From positions 1,581-65,580 of IMG/VR virus record IMGVR_UViG_3300031787_000078: DNA of 64,000 nt, one strand, 5' to 3'. This document shows positions 37,407 through 45,860 of the stretch, piece after piece; the stretch's first letter is position 1; the number at the start of each line of letters is the position of its first letter. Under the pieces are notes generated by a model. That model was not told the DNA's origin and did not search any database. It saw nothing but the letters and a program-made list of their open reading frames with translations. The DNA is from a virus. The position numbers were made by a program, and so were the translations under genes.

Positions 37407-37407
37407 C

Positions 37408-37716
37408 ATGGGGTTTGATAAGAAAATAATGGAATTGAGTAGGACTATTTACCAAACATCTATTATGTCTCACGGAACAAAAGAAGATCCGGCAAAACAG
37501 ATTGATAAGATCCGTGCAATGATTAGAGAGTTTATACGAGTTGAAGTGGTTCCATATGAATTAACCAATCAGGAAAAACTATCTTTTATTTTAAAAAATG
37601 AGGCAATGATTAATAGTGCTGTTATGGGTGGTCATCAAGCAACAAATCAAGATGAGTATCAACCTGTGAGAGATAAAATAAAACAATATAGAAAAGAGTT
37701 GGGGTTGATTAAATGA
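37408..37716 (+). CDS. hypothetical protein
   Basis: 102-aa ORF. Confidence 0.4.
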   Translation: MGFDKKIMELSRTIYQTSIMSHGTKEDPAKQIDKIRAMIREFIRVEVVPYELTNQEKLSFILKNEAMINSAVMGGHQATNQDEYQPVRDKIKQYRKELGLIK

Positions 37717-37901
37717 AAAAAATTGATTATTATAAACTTGTATATGACATAATAGATAAACTATATGAAAATCCGGGTTTTAGTGAGTGGTATGATAGTT
37801 TAGATGATGATCAGGAGAATAAAATGAATGATGATCTTATTGAAATAGTGGAAAAAAGAATTAACAAAATTAAAAATCAAGATGGAAGAGAAATTAAATA
37901 A
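37713..37901 (+). CDS. hypothetical protein
   Basis: 62-aa ORF with ATGA overlap. Confidence 0.3.
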   Translation: MKKIDYYKLVYDIIDKLYENPGFSEWYDSLDDDQENKMNDDLIEIVEKRINKIKNQDGREIK

Positions 37902-38124
37902 ATTATATGATCAGTTGGAAGAATTCCAAAACGTCAGATACCGAATGGGTGCTGAAGGATTTCATTATTGTTTTAAAAGTTACTCAAGTTTTGAAGAAAT
38001 TGAGGATGATAAATTTCACGATTTAAGAAATGAATATCTTAGAGTAAGTAAAGAGTTAGAGAACTATGTTATAAATAAAATTTCTGAAATAGAAACTGAA
38101 ATTGCAATTAATGAATATGAATAG
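37882..38124 (+). CDS. hypothetical protein
   Basis: 80-aa ORF. Confidence 0.35.
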   Translation: MEEKLNKLYDQLEEFQNVRYRMGAEGFHYCFKSYSSFEEIEDDKFHDLRNEYLRVSKELENYVINKISEIETEIAINEYE

Positions 38125-39202
38125 TTTAGACAAACAATACCAAGATTTACTCCAATCAATTTTAGATTACGGAGTTGAAAAACAAGACCGTACAGGTACA
38201 GGAACCAAATCAATCTTTGGTTATACAATCCGTCATAATATGAAAGATGGGTTTCCTGTATTAACAACCAAGAAAATGGCGTGGAAGACGATGGTAACCG
38301 AATTGTTATGGTTCCTTCGTGGTGATACAAACATCAAGTTCCTTATTGATAATAATTGTCATATTTGGGATGGTGATGCGTACAAGAATTACTGTACCGC
38401 TTATAAAGATGGTCATGAATTTTATGAGGATGAACAAGTAAAGCGTTCTTTTACTCAAGAAGAATTCATCGACAAAATCAAAACAGATGATGAGTTTGCT
38501 AAGAAATGGGGTGACTTAGGTCCTGTATATGGTAAGCAATGGAGAAGTTGGGAAAATTTTTTCTATGATAACCCAGACCCATATGGTGATGGTTTTAGTC
38601 ACTATAAAGTAGACCAAATTCAAAATTTAATCAACGACCTTAAAACAAATCCTGACTCAAGACGACTAATGGTTAATGCTTGGAATGTAGGTGAATTAGA
38701 CCGAATGGTTCTTCCACCTTGTCATTATGGGTTCCAAGTTTATACAAGAGAATTGAGTTTGGAAGAAAGAAATGAAATTAGAGATATGCAATATTTTAGA
38801 AATAACTTACATAAATCCTTAAAAGGAAGTGATACTAAAATTGATTGGGAAAATATCCCAACTAGAGCAATCTCTTTAATGTGGAATCAACGTTCGGTAG
38901 ACACATTCTTAGGTTTACCGTTCAATATAGCATCTTACGGACTTCTACTTACAATCTTAGCAAAAGAAGTTAACATGGTTCCTGACCAACTGATTGGTAA
39001 TTTAGGTGATACCCACCTTTATCTTAATCATATTGAACAGGCAAAAGAACAGATTACAAGAGAACCATTTGAGTTACCAACACTTAATCAATTCCCAACT
39101 TACGAAGGGTCAAGACCATCAATAGAATCTTATGTGGTTAGTGATTTTACACTTAAAGATTATAAATCACACGAATCAATTAAAGCCCCTTTATCAAATT
39201 AA
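38117..39202 (+). CDS. thyA: thymidylate synthase (ThyA) with internal insertions
   Basis: DRTGTGTKSIFG, LLWFLRGDTN, PPCHYGFQVY (catalytic Cys), NQRSVD, DTHLYLNH. Track start 38102 is TTG; ATG (MNSLDKQY…) at 38117. Confidence 0.93.
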   Translation: MNSLDKQYQDLLQSILDYGVEKQDRTGTGTKSIFGYTIRHNMKDGFPVLTTKKMAWKTMVTELLWFLRGDTNIKFLIDNNCHIWDGDAYKNYCTAYKDGHEFYEDEQVKRSFTQEEFIDKIKTDDEFAKKWGDLGPVYGKQWRSWENFFYDNPDPYGDGFSHYKVDQIQNLINDLKTNPDSRRLMVNAWNVGELDRMVLPPCHYGFQVYTRELSLEERNEIRDMQYFRNNLHKSLKGSDTKIDWENIPTRAISLMWNQRSVDTFLGLPFNIASYGLLLTILAKEVNMVPDQLIGNLGDTHLYLNHIEQAKEQITREPFELPTLNQFPTYEGSRPSIESYVVSDFTLKDYKSHESIKAPLSN

Positions 39203-39206
39203 AATT

Positions 39207-39443
39207 ATGAAAGAACAAAACAATTGGAATGACCCACAATTATCAGATGGAGATTTCCCACAACAAAACAAAACAAAATTCCAAGTAGGTGACAAGGCAA
39301 TTAAAGTTAAGGGATATAAATTTCCTTGCACAATCGTATCGGTATTTAAAACCGTAGACGGAAATGTCCGAGTGGTTGGAGAAATGGATGAATATGGATT
39401 ACTACACATTTTTAACGAAGAACAATTAGAAAAAGCAAATTAA
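39207..39443 (+). CDS. hypothetical protein
   Basis: First ATG (MKEQNNW…) after the thyA stop. Confidence 0.4.
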   Translation: MKEQNNWNDPQLSDGDFPQQNKTKFQVGDKAIKVKGYKFPCTIVSVFKTVDGNVRVVGEMDEYGLLHIFNEEQLEKAN

Positions 39444-39444
39444 T

Positions 39445-40167
39445 ATGAATTACGGAAAAGAATTTAGAAAATTCGCAAAGAGCGAAGGAATTAACTCACT
39501 GGTATTGGATCAGTTTGAGAATGGGTTAACACCATACATTTTGGAAGAACGAGAAATGAGAGCAACGCAAATGGATATTTTCTCCAGATTGATGCGTGAT
39601 CGTATCTTATGGGTGTCAGGACCTGTTAATCAATATATGTCTGATATTGTTCAGGCTCAATTATTGTTTCTTGATTCTGTTGAGAAAAAAGATATTACAT
39701 TATATATTAATTCACCTGGTGGGTCTGTATTATGTGGATTAGGGATTGTTGATCTTATGAACTTTGTAAATTCAGATGTTGCCACAACAAACATTGGGAT
39801 GTGTGCATCAATGGGGTCGGTATTGTTATCTGCGGGGGCAAAAGGAAAACGATCATCTTTAATCTATTCAAAAGTAATGACACACCAAGTAAGTCACGGA
39901 ACACAAGGTAATGTTCAGGACACACGTATTAACCAAATGGAGGCGGAGAAGTACAATTACGTTTTATTCAAAATGATTGCTGAGAATTGTGGTAGATCAT
40001 TTGATGAGGTGTTGGAGTTTTCAAGGAGAGATCGTTGGTATACTTCTGACGAAGCATTAGAATTTGGTTTGGTTGATGAAGTTATTGGTGTGGATAAGAA
40101 TAAATCCATTACACAAATGTTGGAAGGGTTTGATGATTATTATCAAAAAGAAGTAATGTCTAAATAA
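39445..40167 (+). CDS. clpP: ATP-dependent Clp protease proteolytic subunit ClpP
   Basis: INSPGGSV, catalytic Ser in GMCASMGSVLLSAG, His in MTHQVSHG, downstream Asp; colinear with ClpP. Confidence 0.9.
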   Translation: MNYGKEFRKFAKSEGINSLVLDQFENGLTPYILEEREMRATQMDIFSRLMRDRILWVSGPVNQYMSDIVQAQLLFLDSVEKKDITLYINSPGGSVLCGLGIVDLMNFVNSDVATTNIGMCASMGSVLLSAGAKGKRSSLIYSKVMTHQVSHGTQGNVQDTRINQMEAEKYNYVLFKMIAENCGRSFDEVLEFSRRDRWYTSDEALEFGLVDEVIGVDKNKSITQMLEGFDDYYQKEVMSK

Positions 40168-40174
40168 TAATTAT

Positions 40175-40408
40175 ATGGAACCATCTCAAGAAATATTCAT
40201 TGAAATGAAAAAGGTTGCAATCTCAATATGGAAAGATTACGACAATAAATTTGGATATGCAACAGAAAAGATTAAAAGAGTAAACTCAATAGAAAATGTA
40301 TCGGATAATGCGATGGTGTTTTATCGTATGTTCGATCATTGGAATAAACAATTAATGGAATCTAAACTAAGTGAGGAGGCAATAAATTATATTAATAATA
40401 ACAAATAA
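40175..40408 (+). CDS. hypothetical protein
   Basis: 77-aa ORF. Confidence 0.35.
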   Translation: MEPSQEIFIEMKKVAISIWKDYDNKFGYATEKIKRVNSIENVSDNAMVFYRMFDHWNKQLMESKLSEEAINYINNNK

Positions 40409-40710
40409 TGATTGAAAAAATTATATTAAAAGAAACGATAAGTAAAGAAAAAGTTCAGGTTGATAAAAAACCTAAAAAAAAATATTATAAACCAAAAAAG
40501 AAAAAAGAGGACGATAGTTTAAATCACGAAGTTCAAAATTCTGAAAAACCATTTGTTGATCAGAAAGATTTTAAACTACCTAATACGGTTGGGAGATATT
40601 CAATTGGATCGGGTAAAAAGTTTTCTATTTATATGGAGAAAAAACCAAAATGGTTACATAGAAAATGTATGGAATTATTTTTAGGTTGGGAATGGGAAGA
40701 TAACAAATAA
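40408..40710 (+). CDS. hypothetical basic protein
   Basis: 100 aa, K-rich N-terminus. Confidence 0.35.
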   Translation: MIEKIILKETISKEKVQVDKKPKKKYYKPKKKKEDDSLNHEVQNSEKPFVDQKDFKLPNTVGRYSIGSGKKFSIYMEKKPKWLHRKCMELFLGWEWEDNK

Positions 40711-40804
40711 AATAAAAAAGTAAATAAAAAATAAAAAATTTTTATTGTCTTTAGGTTTTTTATGATATTTATCAATATCAAATTAACCTTTAAAAACAAT
40801 ATTA

Positions 40805-42712
40805 ATGTCTAAATTACTAAGAGTAATATTTACTTTATTTTTATTGACTCCGTTGTTTGTGTTTTCACAAGTACCTCAGGCACCTTCTAATGGTATCTGG
40901 GGTATAATTGATACACAATATCAAGTCGGTACAACTGCTCAGGGATCGACCCAAGCAAAAATCACTTTACAAAACACAACATTAACTAAGTACGCAGGTA
41001 CTCAGTTTAGAGTGTTTTATGACAACACAGCGTTCACAAACGCAACCGTATCATTGATTGGATCAACTACAAACCTCGATCTTCAATATACAACAAATAC
41101 CGCAAACGGATATATCACTATGACCTTAGTTTATACAGGTCCAAGTGCTACTTATACGTTGGCTAATGGTGAGAGATTTTTAATTACATTCACTCATGCG
41201 GCTCCTGCGGTGTTTAATAACTTGGCATCAATTTCACCACTTACTTGGTCAGGTGCTCAGGTGTTCCCAACATACGCAGCTAAACAAGATGGGATGGACA
41301 CAACATTAAGTGTACATAATTATGGAGGTAACTTCACATTTCAAAACTTCCAATATGCTGGAACATTTACAAACGTAACAGGGTCACCGGCTAAGTATTT
41401 AAATTTGGCACTTCAAAGAAGACCACAGACAGGAGGTTCGTGGGCACAACACTCCACTTATTCAACAGATATAAATGGTAACTTTTCAATATCGGTTCCA
41501 TTAGATACTACGTATTGGGATGTTCGTTTGGCAATCCAAGGAGATACAATGGGTGTTGGTAATATTATTTCATCAACAGATGCCCAACAAGTTAATCAAT
41601 GGGTATTAGGTAATGGTACAATGACAGGATTTGACTACTACACTGCAGATGTAAATAATTCGGGTAATATTACAATTTCAGATGTATGGGGTGTATTCGG
41701 TAGAGTATCTGGTAGATTCACACAATGGCCAAATAACGTTAAAGATGTAAAATTCTTTACCGCATCTGAATACTCAACAATCAACGGATCCAACACAAAC
41801 TACACTCAAACTATTCCTGGTGTAACAAACTTTACATTTGAAATTATTGCGGGTCAACCATCTTCAGTAACATATTATGTTATGGTTCCTGGTGATGCTA
41901 ATGGTACAGGATATCATATGGCACGTGTTACTCCAATTGAAGTATTAGTAGGACCAATACCTGGTTTAGAATCACAAATTTATAATGTAATAGATACTAA
42001 AGTTGAATATGATTTCCCAACTCAAACAATTGAAGTTAATGTACCACATATTTCAGTTGATGCTGGTAATTTAGTTAACCTTCCCGTGAAAGTATTTACA
42101 AATGGTATAGAATTATCTTCGTTACAGTTTGGTTTAAAATACAATACAGACCTATTGGAATTCAAAGGAGTTATTGCAAGTGAAAATGCGATGAAGTGGA
42201 TGTCTTATGTTAACCCAAATGGTAATCAAATTGATTGGGGTGGATTTGATGTAACAAATAATCAACAAACGCTTAAGGATGGTGATGAAGTTGTAACATT
42301 ACAATTCATAGCAAAACAACCACAAAACTTATGGGAAGAAAGTCCTTTATATACTTCATTAAAATTTGCGGGAACCACAGAATCTAATGACTTAACAATT
42401 ACCCCAACTAACGGAATCTTACAAGTATTAAAAAGTAATATTGGTGAAGTAATTGGAAATAGTATAGAAGTGTTTCCTAATCCATTTGTTGAAAATGTAA
42501 CAATAACATTTGAAGTAAAAGAAACGACAAACGCAAATCTTTCGGTTTATGATGTTGTAGGTAGAAAAGTTGTTACTATCCTTGAAGGTCAATTACCTGA
42601 TGGAACATATAATTACAATGAAAACTTAGGACAATTAGAACCAGGACTTTACATAGTAACCTTAAATATGGACAATGAAAGTCCAAAGTTTGAGAAAATT
42701 GTAAAACAATAA
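40805..42712 (+). CDS. secreted protein with T9SS (Por) C-terminal sorting domain and EF-hand/dockerin-like Ca loop
   Basis: Signal peptide MSKLLRVIFTLFLLTPLFVFSQ. C-terminal VFPNPFVENVTITFEV…LSVYDVVGRKVV…GLYIVTLNM matches the Por_Secre_tail pattern. Internal DVNNSGNITISD loop. Confidence 0.8.
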   Translation: MSKLLRVIFTLFLLTPLFVFSQVPQAPSNGIWGIIDTQYQVGTTAQGSTQAKITLQNTTLTKYAGTQFRVFYDNTAFTNATVSLIGSTTNLDLQYTTNTANGYITMTLVYTGPSATYTLANGERFLITFTHAAPAVFNNLASISPLTWSGAQVFPTYAAKQDGMDTTLSVHNYGGNFTFQNFQYAGTFTNVTGSPAKYLNLALQRRPQTGGSWAQHSTYSTDINGNFSISVPLDTTYWDVRLAIQGDTMGVGNIISSTDAQQVNQWVLGNGTMTGFDYYTADVNNSGNITISDVWGVFGRVSGRFTQWPNNVKDVKFFTASEYSTINGSNTNYTQTIPGVTNFTFEIIAGQPSSVTYYVMVPGDANGTGYHMARVTPIEVLVGPIPGLESQIYNVIDTKVEYDFPTQTIEVNVPHISVDAGNLVNLPVKVFTNGIELSSLQFGLKYNTDLLEFKGVIASENAMKWMSYVNPNGNQIDWGGFDVTNNQQTLKDGDEVVTLQFIAKQPQNLWEESPLYTSLKFAGTTESNDLTITPTNGILQVLKSNIGEVIGNSIEVFPNPFVENVTITFEVKETTNANLSVYDVVGRKVVTILEGQLPDGTYNYNENLGQLEPGLYIVTLNMDNESPKFEKIVKQ

Positions 42713-42733
42713 ACAATATAAATAAATAACAAA

Positions 42734-43078
42734 ATGTCAGAAGAACAAACACAAGAAACGAACGACGGAACTTGGTCAGGATTGAAAAAAACAATCATTG
42801 GAACATTAACAACGGTAATTGCTGGTGGCGGAGTATGGGTAAGTACATTGATATTCGGTGGTGGTGATGAACCTACTGAAGAAACAAAAACTGAACAAGC
42901 GGCACCTGCATCACAACCTGTGATTAATCTTAATGTACAACAAAACCAAGAAAATAAACAAAAAACTGAGAACAATAACGGTGGTGGTGTAGTTCGTGAA
43001 AGAATTATTGAAAGACCTGCACAACAACCACAACCACAACCTGAAAAACCAAAAAAGGTTGAGGAAGAATCTTGGTAA
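42734..43078 (+). CDS. hypothetical membrane-anchored low-complexity protein
   Basis: One TM helix (IIGTLTTVIAGGGVWVSTLIF) then a Q/P/E/K-rich tail; preferred over the overlapping minus-strand ORFs because of strand bias and packing. Confidence 0.45.
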   Translation: MSEEQTQETNDGTWSGLKKTIIGTLTTVIAGGGVWVSTLIFGGGDEPTEETKTEQAAPASQPVINLNVQQNQENKQKTENNNGGGVVRERIIERPAQQPQPQPEKPKKVEEESW

Positions 43079-43103
43079 TAAACAATTAAAATAAAACAAA
43101 ACA

Positions 43104-43484
43104 ATGTCATTTTTAAAAAACCTTTTTAGTGGTGGATCGCAAGAATTCACAAAAGTTGAGAACGATCAAAGATTTAACTTTATGTTACAACAAATGCAAG
43201 GAAACAGATGGAAGATTACTCTTATCATTCTATTAACTTTCTTCTTTATAATTTTCGGTATTGTATTATCGGTAATGTTTAAAGCTGAAATTCAAGAATC
43301 TTGGAAAGAGTTACTTTTATTATTGTTAGGTGCATTCGTTGGTAACTTAAATAAAGTTATTGACTTTTGGTTCTCTAATGAAGATAGAGATAAAATGTTA
43401 GTTCAAAAAATGGATGAGGAAGATAACGTCTCAAAACCGGATTTAGAATCATACGAAGAACCAACTGAAGAAATAGAAGGATAA
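43104..43484 (+). CDS. hypothetical membrane protein
   Basis: 126 aa, two TM helices. Confidence 0.45.
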   Translation: MSFLKNLFSGGSQEFTKVENDQRFNFMLQQMQGNRWKITLIILLTFFFIIFGIVLSVMFKAEIQESWKELLLLLLGAFVGNLNKVIDFWFSNEDRDKMLVQKMDEEDNVSKPDLESYEEPTEEIEG

Positions 43485-44224
43485 TGAAAAAAATATTTTA
43501 CATATTACCTTTTTTTTTAATAGGTTGTAAAACTTTACAGGCCCAGCCCCCTCAAAATGGAGGGGGTATTGGTTCTGTAAAAACTGAACAGTATCAAGCA
43601 GAATTTGAAAAAAAACAATCAATTACAGAAGTTGCGGAATATACTGATACAATACAAGTTCCAATACAATTATTAAAAATTGGTATTAACGAAGAATTAT
43701 ATGAATTGTATCCTGAACTTAAAGACAAACGTGTAGGTTTAGGTGTTACAAACATTGTAATTGAATATTTGGAGTATACGGGTAGATTTGTTTTTACCGA
43801 AGAAAAGGAAGACATCAAACAACGAATGATTGCTCAGGATAAAGCATCTGACAAAGGGATCTCGGTTAATAAAATTGATGTAAAAGGAAATGTAATCTTA
43901 GCAAAATACTTTGTTTATGTTGAGGTATATGACTTTAGTGTATCGGAAGATGAGGTGGTTAAAGTTAACGGTCAACAAACAACAACACAGACCACAAGAT
44001 TAGGATTACAAATTAAATTCGTAGATGCTGAAACAAGTCAAGTGATCGTAGGATCTGGATTGGGTGAGGCAAGTACGGTAAAAACCTCAAATTTATTAGG
44101 GGACATTTCTGATGATGTTAAATTTAACCAATCAACAATTGGTATAACAACAAAGAAGGCGTTGGAAACGGCATCTTCAAGGGTAGTGACACGACTTATT
44201 TCAAAAGGTGTCTTTAAAAATTGA
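43484..44224 (+). CDS. putative lipoprotein
   Basis: MKKIFYILPFFLIGC signal/lipobox. Confidence 0.5.
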   Translation: MKKIFYILPFFLIGCKTLQAQPPQNGGGIGSVKTEQYQAEFEKKQSITEVAEYTDTIQVPIQLLKIGINEELYELYPELKDKRVGLGVTNIVIEYLEYTGRFVFTEEKEDIKQRMIAQDKASDKGISVNKIDVKGNVILAKYFVYVEVYDFSVSEDEVVKVNGQQTTTQTTRLGLQIKFVDAETSQVIVGSGLGEASTVKTSNLLGDISDDVKFNQSTIGITTKKALETASSRVVTRLISKGVFKN

Positions 44225-45852
44225 AATTAAATGTATTCATACTATTGTTCTTTTGCGTGTTTAGGTTCTTAAACCTAAATGCGCAAACTTACAATTATAG
44301 TTATTCCGATCCATGTACAGGCAATTTAAAAACAATAATAGTACCTATTAACGGAAGCGTAACAGTTTCATATTATGGATCAATCGCATCGTTTACTCAA
44401 AACGATTTCACAAACGGAACATTTGATGCTTGGACTAGTAACATATTTTCACAATATGGAACAAATAGTCCTTGTTCGGAAATAGTGGGGTTGGGTACGG
44501 CAGTTAACGTAACCCAAAATACTGCATTAAATGTTATTGGAATTCTTAACTCACTCTCAACAATATCTGATTTGGCAGCAGGATCTACTAATATATTAGG
44601 TGGATCTGTTACGTCTATTAATAATGCTGGAGGAAATAATAATTCTAAAAATAACAAAGGAGGGAATAATTCCCAAAATGGAAGTGGAGGTAATACAACA
44701 AATACTAATAACACCACAACCAATAATAATCAAAATCAAACAAATGGGACAAGTAACACTAATGAAGGAAGTACAACCAATTCTGGAACAAATGAAACAA
44801 GTTCAAACGGAGGAAATGGAGCCCCTAATTCAAATGTTGGAAATGAAAATTCAACACAAGCAGGAGGAACTACAACTCAAGGTGGATCAAATGAAAATGG
44901 AAATACATCGTCTAGCACGACTGTAAATGGGGAAACTCCCAACAACCAAACTCAAACAACAGGAGGGGAAACATCTGAAACACCAATAAACAATGAAACA
45001 ACAACTGAAAATGGAAATAATATCGGCAACACTGGCAGTGGTAATAACGGGAACACTGGTAATAATGGGAATGGTGGGTCTGGTTCAGGAAATAATCAGA
45101 CGGAAGAAAATAATGCAACACCTGAAACAACAGAAGAAAAAGGACAGACAAATATAACAGGAGGTGCCACAACCACAGTTAGATCAACACCAACAAGTAA
45201 AGAAGGTGGAAAACCCACTGTAGTGGGAAGTGCGGATTTTATTGGTTTTAATTTTAAAAATTCTGAAGTTAAAACAGGATTGAAGTTAACTGGTGGGTAT
45301 ACCGCAATGAGATGGGACGGTAAAAGAAGTTCAGGGTGTTTAGTTGATTATACTTCAGCACTTAGAGGACCAAACATTACAGGTTTTTATGCGTTCATTA
45401 GACCTAAATCTATTGTATTAGGGTCAGGAACATTAACGGTTGGATTTGAAGGTAACAAATCATTATATGGTACGATTGCTTTAGGACAAATGTTTACATT
45501 TAAAAAACCTAAATCCCTTAAACTTCTTTACATGGCGACTGTATCTTATGGTCAGGTCTATAGAGAATCGTTTTTAGGTACTGCCGCTATTGTGGGGGGG
45601 ACATATGATTTTAGTATTGGTAAACGATTTGATGTAAAATTAATGAACTTATTTGTTTACGCTCCTTATGTTAGTTATTATAATGATGTGGTATTGAAGT
45701 CACCTTATGTGATGTTACCAAGTATTGGTACAAATATAAAATTAACGAAAAAGTTTAAATTTAACATAAATGCAGGTGGTGCTTGGGATTTAAAAACAAG
45801 TGCTTTAAATTATACAGTAACGTGTGGAACAAGATTATTAATTGGACAATAG
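44221..45852 (+). CDS. secreted protein with N/T/G-rich low-complexity region and C-terminal beta-rich (possibly outer-membrane barrel) domain
   Basis: TTG start gives signal peptide MKLNVFILLFFCVFRFLNLNAQ; aa ~130-320 are N/T/G/S low complexity; the C-terminal ~250 aa show alternating hydrophobic beta-strand-like patterning. Confidence 0.45.
   Translation: MKLNVFILLFFCVFRFLNLNAQTYNYSYSDPCTGNLKTIIVPINGSVTVSYYGSIASFTQNDFTNGTFDAWTSNIFSQYGTNSPCSEIVGLGTAVNVTQNTALNVIGILNSLSTISDLAAGSTNILGGSVTSINNAGGNNNSKNNKGGNNSQNGSGGNTTNTNNTTTNNNQNQTNGTSNTNEGSTTNSGTNETSSNGGNGAPNSNVGNENSTQAGGTTTQGGSNENGNTSSSTTVNGETPNNQTQTTGGETSETPINNETTTENGNNIGNTGSGNNGNTGNNGNGGSGSGNNQTEENNATPETTEEKGQTNITGGATTTVRSTPTSKEGGKPTVVGSADFIGFNFKNSEVKTGLKLTGGYTAMRWDGKRSSGCLVDYTSALRGPNITGFYAFIRPKSIVLGSGTLTVGFEGNKSLYGTIALGQMFTFKKPKSLKLLYMATVSYGQVYRESFLGTAAIVGGTYDFSIGKRFDVKLMNLFVYAPYVSYYNDVVLKSPYVMLPSIGTNIKLTKKFKFNINAGGAWDLKTSALNYTVTCGTRLLIGQ
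44611..45181 (+). repeat. low-complexity (Asn/Thr/Gly/Ser-rich) coding region
   Basis: GGNNNSKNNKGGNNSQNGSGGNTTNTNNTTTNNNQNQTNGTSNTNEGSTTNSGTNETSSNGG…. Confidence 0.5.
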
Positions 45853-45860
45853 TATTATTG

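Noticed and set aside
42649-43110. 153-aa minus-strand ORF (and 42911-43150, 42576-42794) overlapping the + strand ORF at 42734
   Set aside because: Antisense to a well-packed + strand gene series; Cys/low-complexity translation is typical of a spurious frame opposite a Q/P/E-rich coding region.
44397-45172. ORFs 44397-44723 (-), 44600-44926 (+, other frame) and 44912-45172 (-) inside the 44221 gene
   Set aside because: They lie within the N/T/G low-complexity coding region, where alternative frames stay open by composition; no independent start context.
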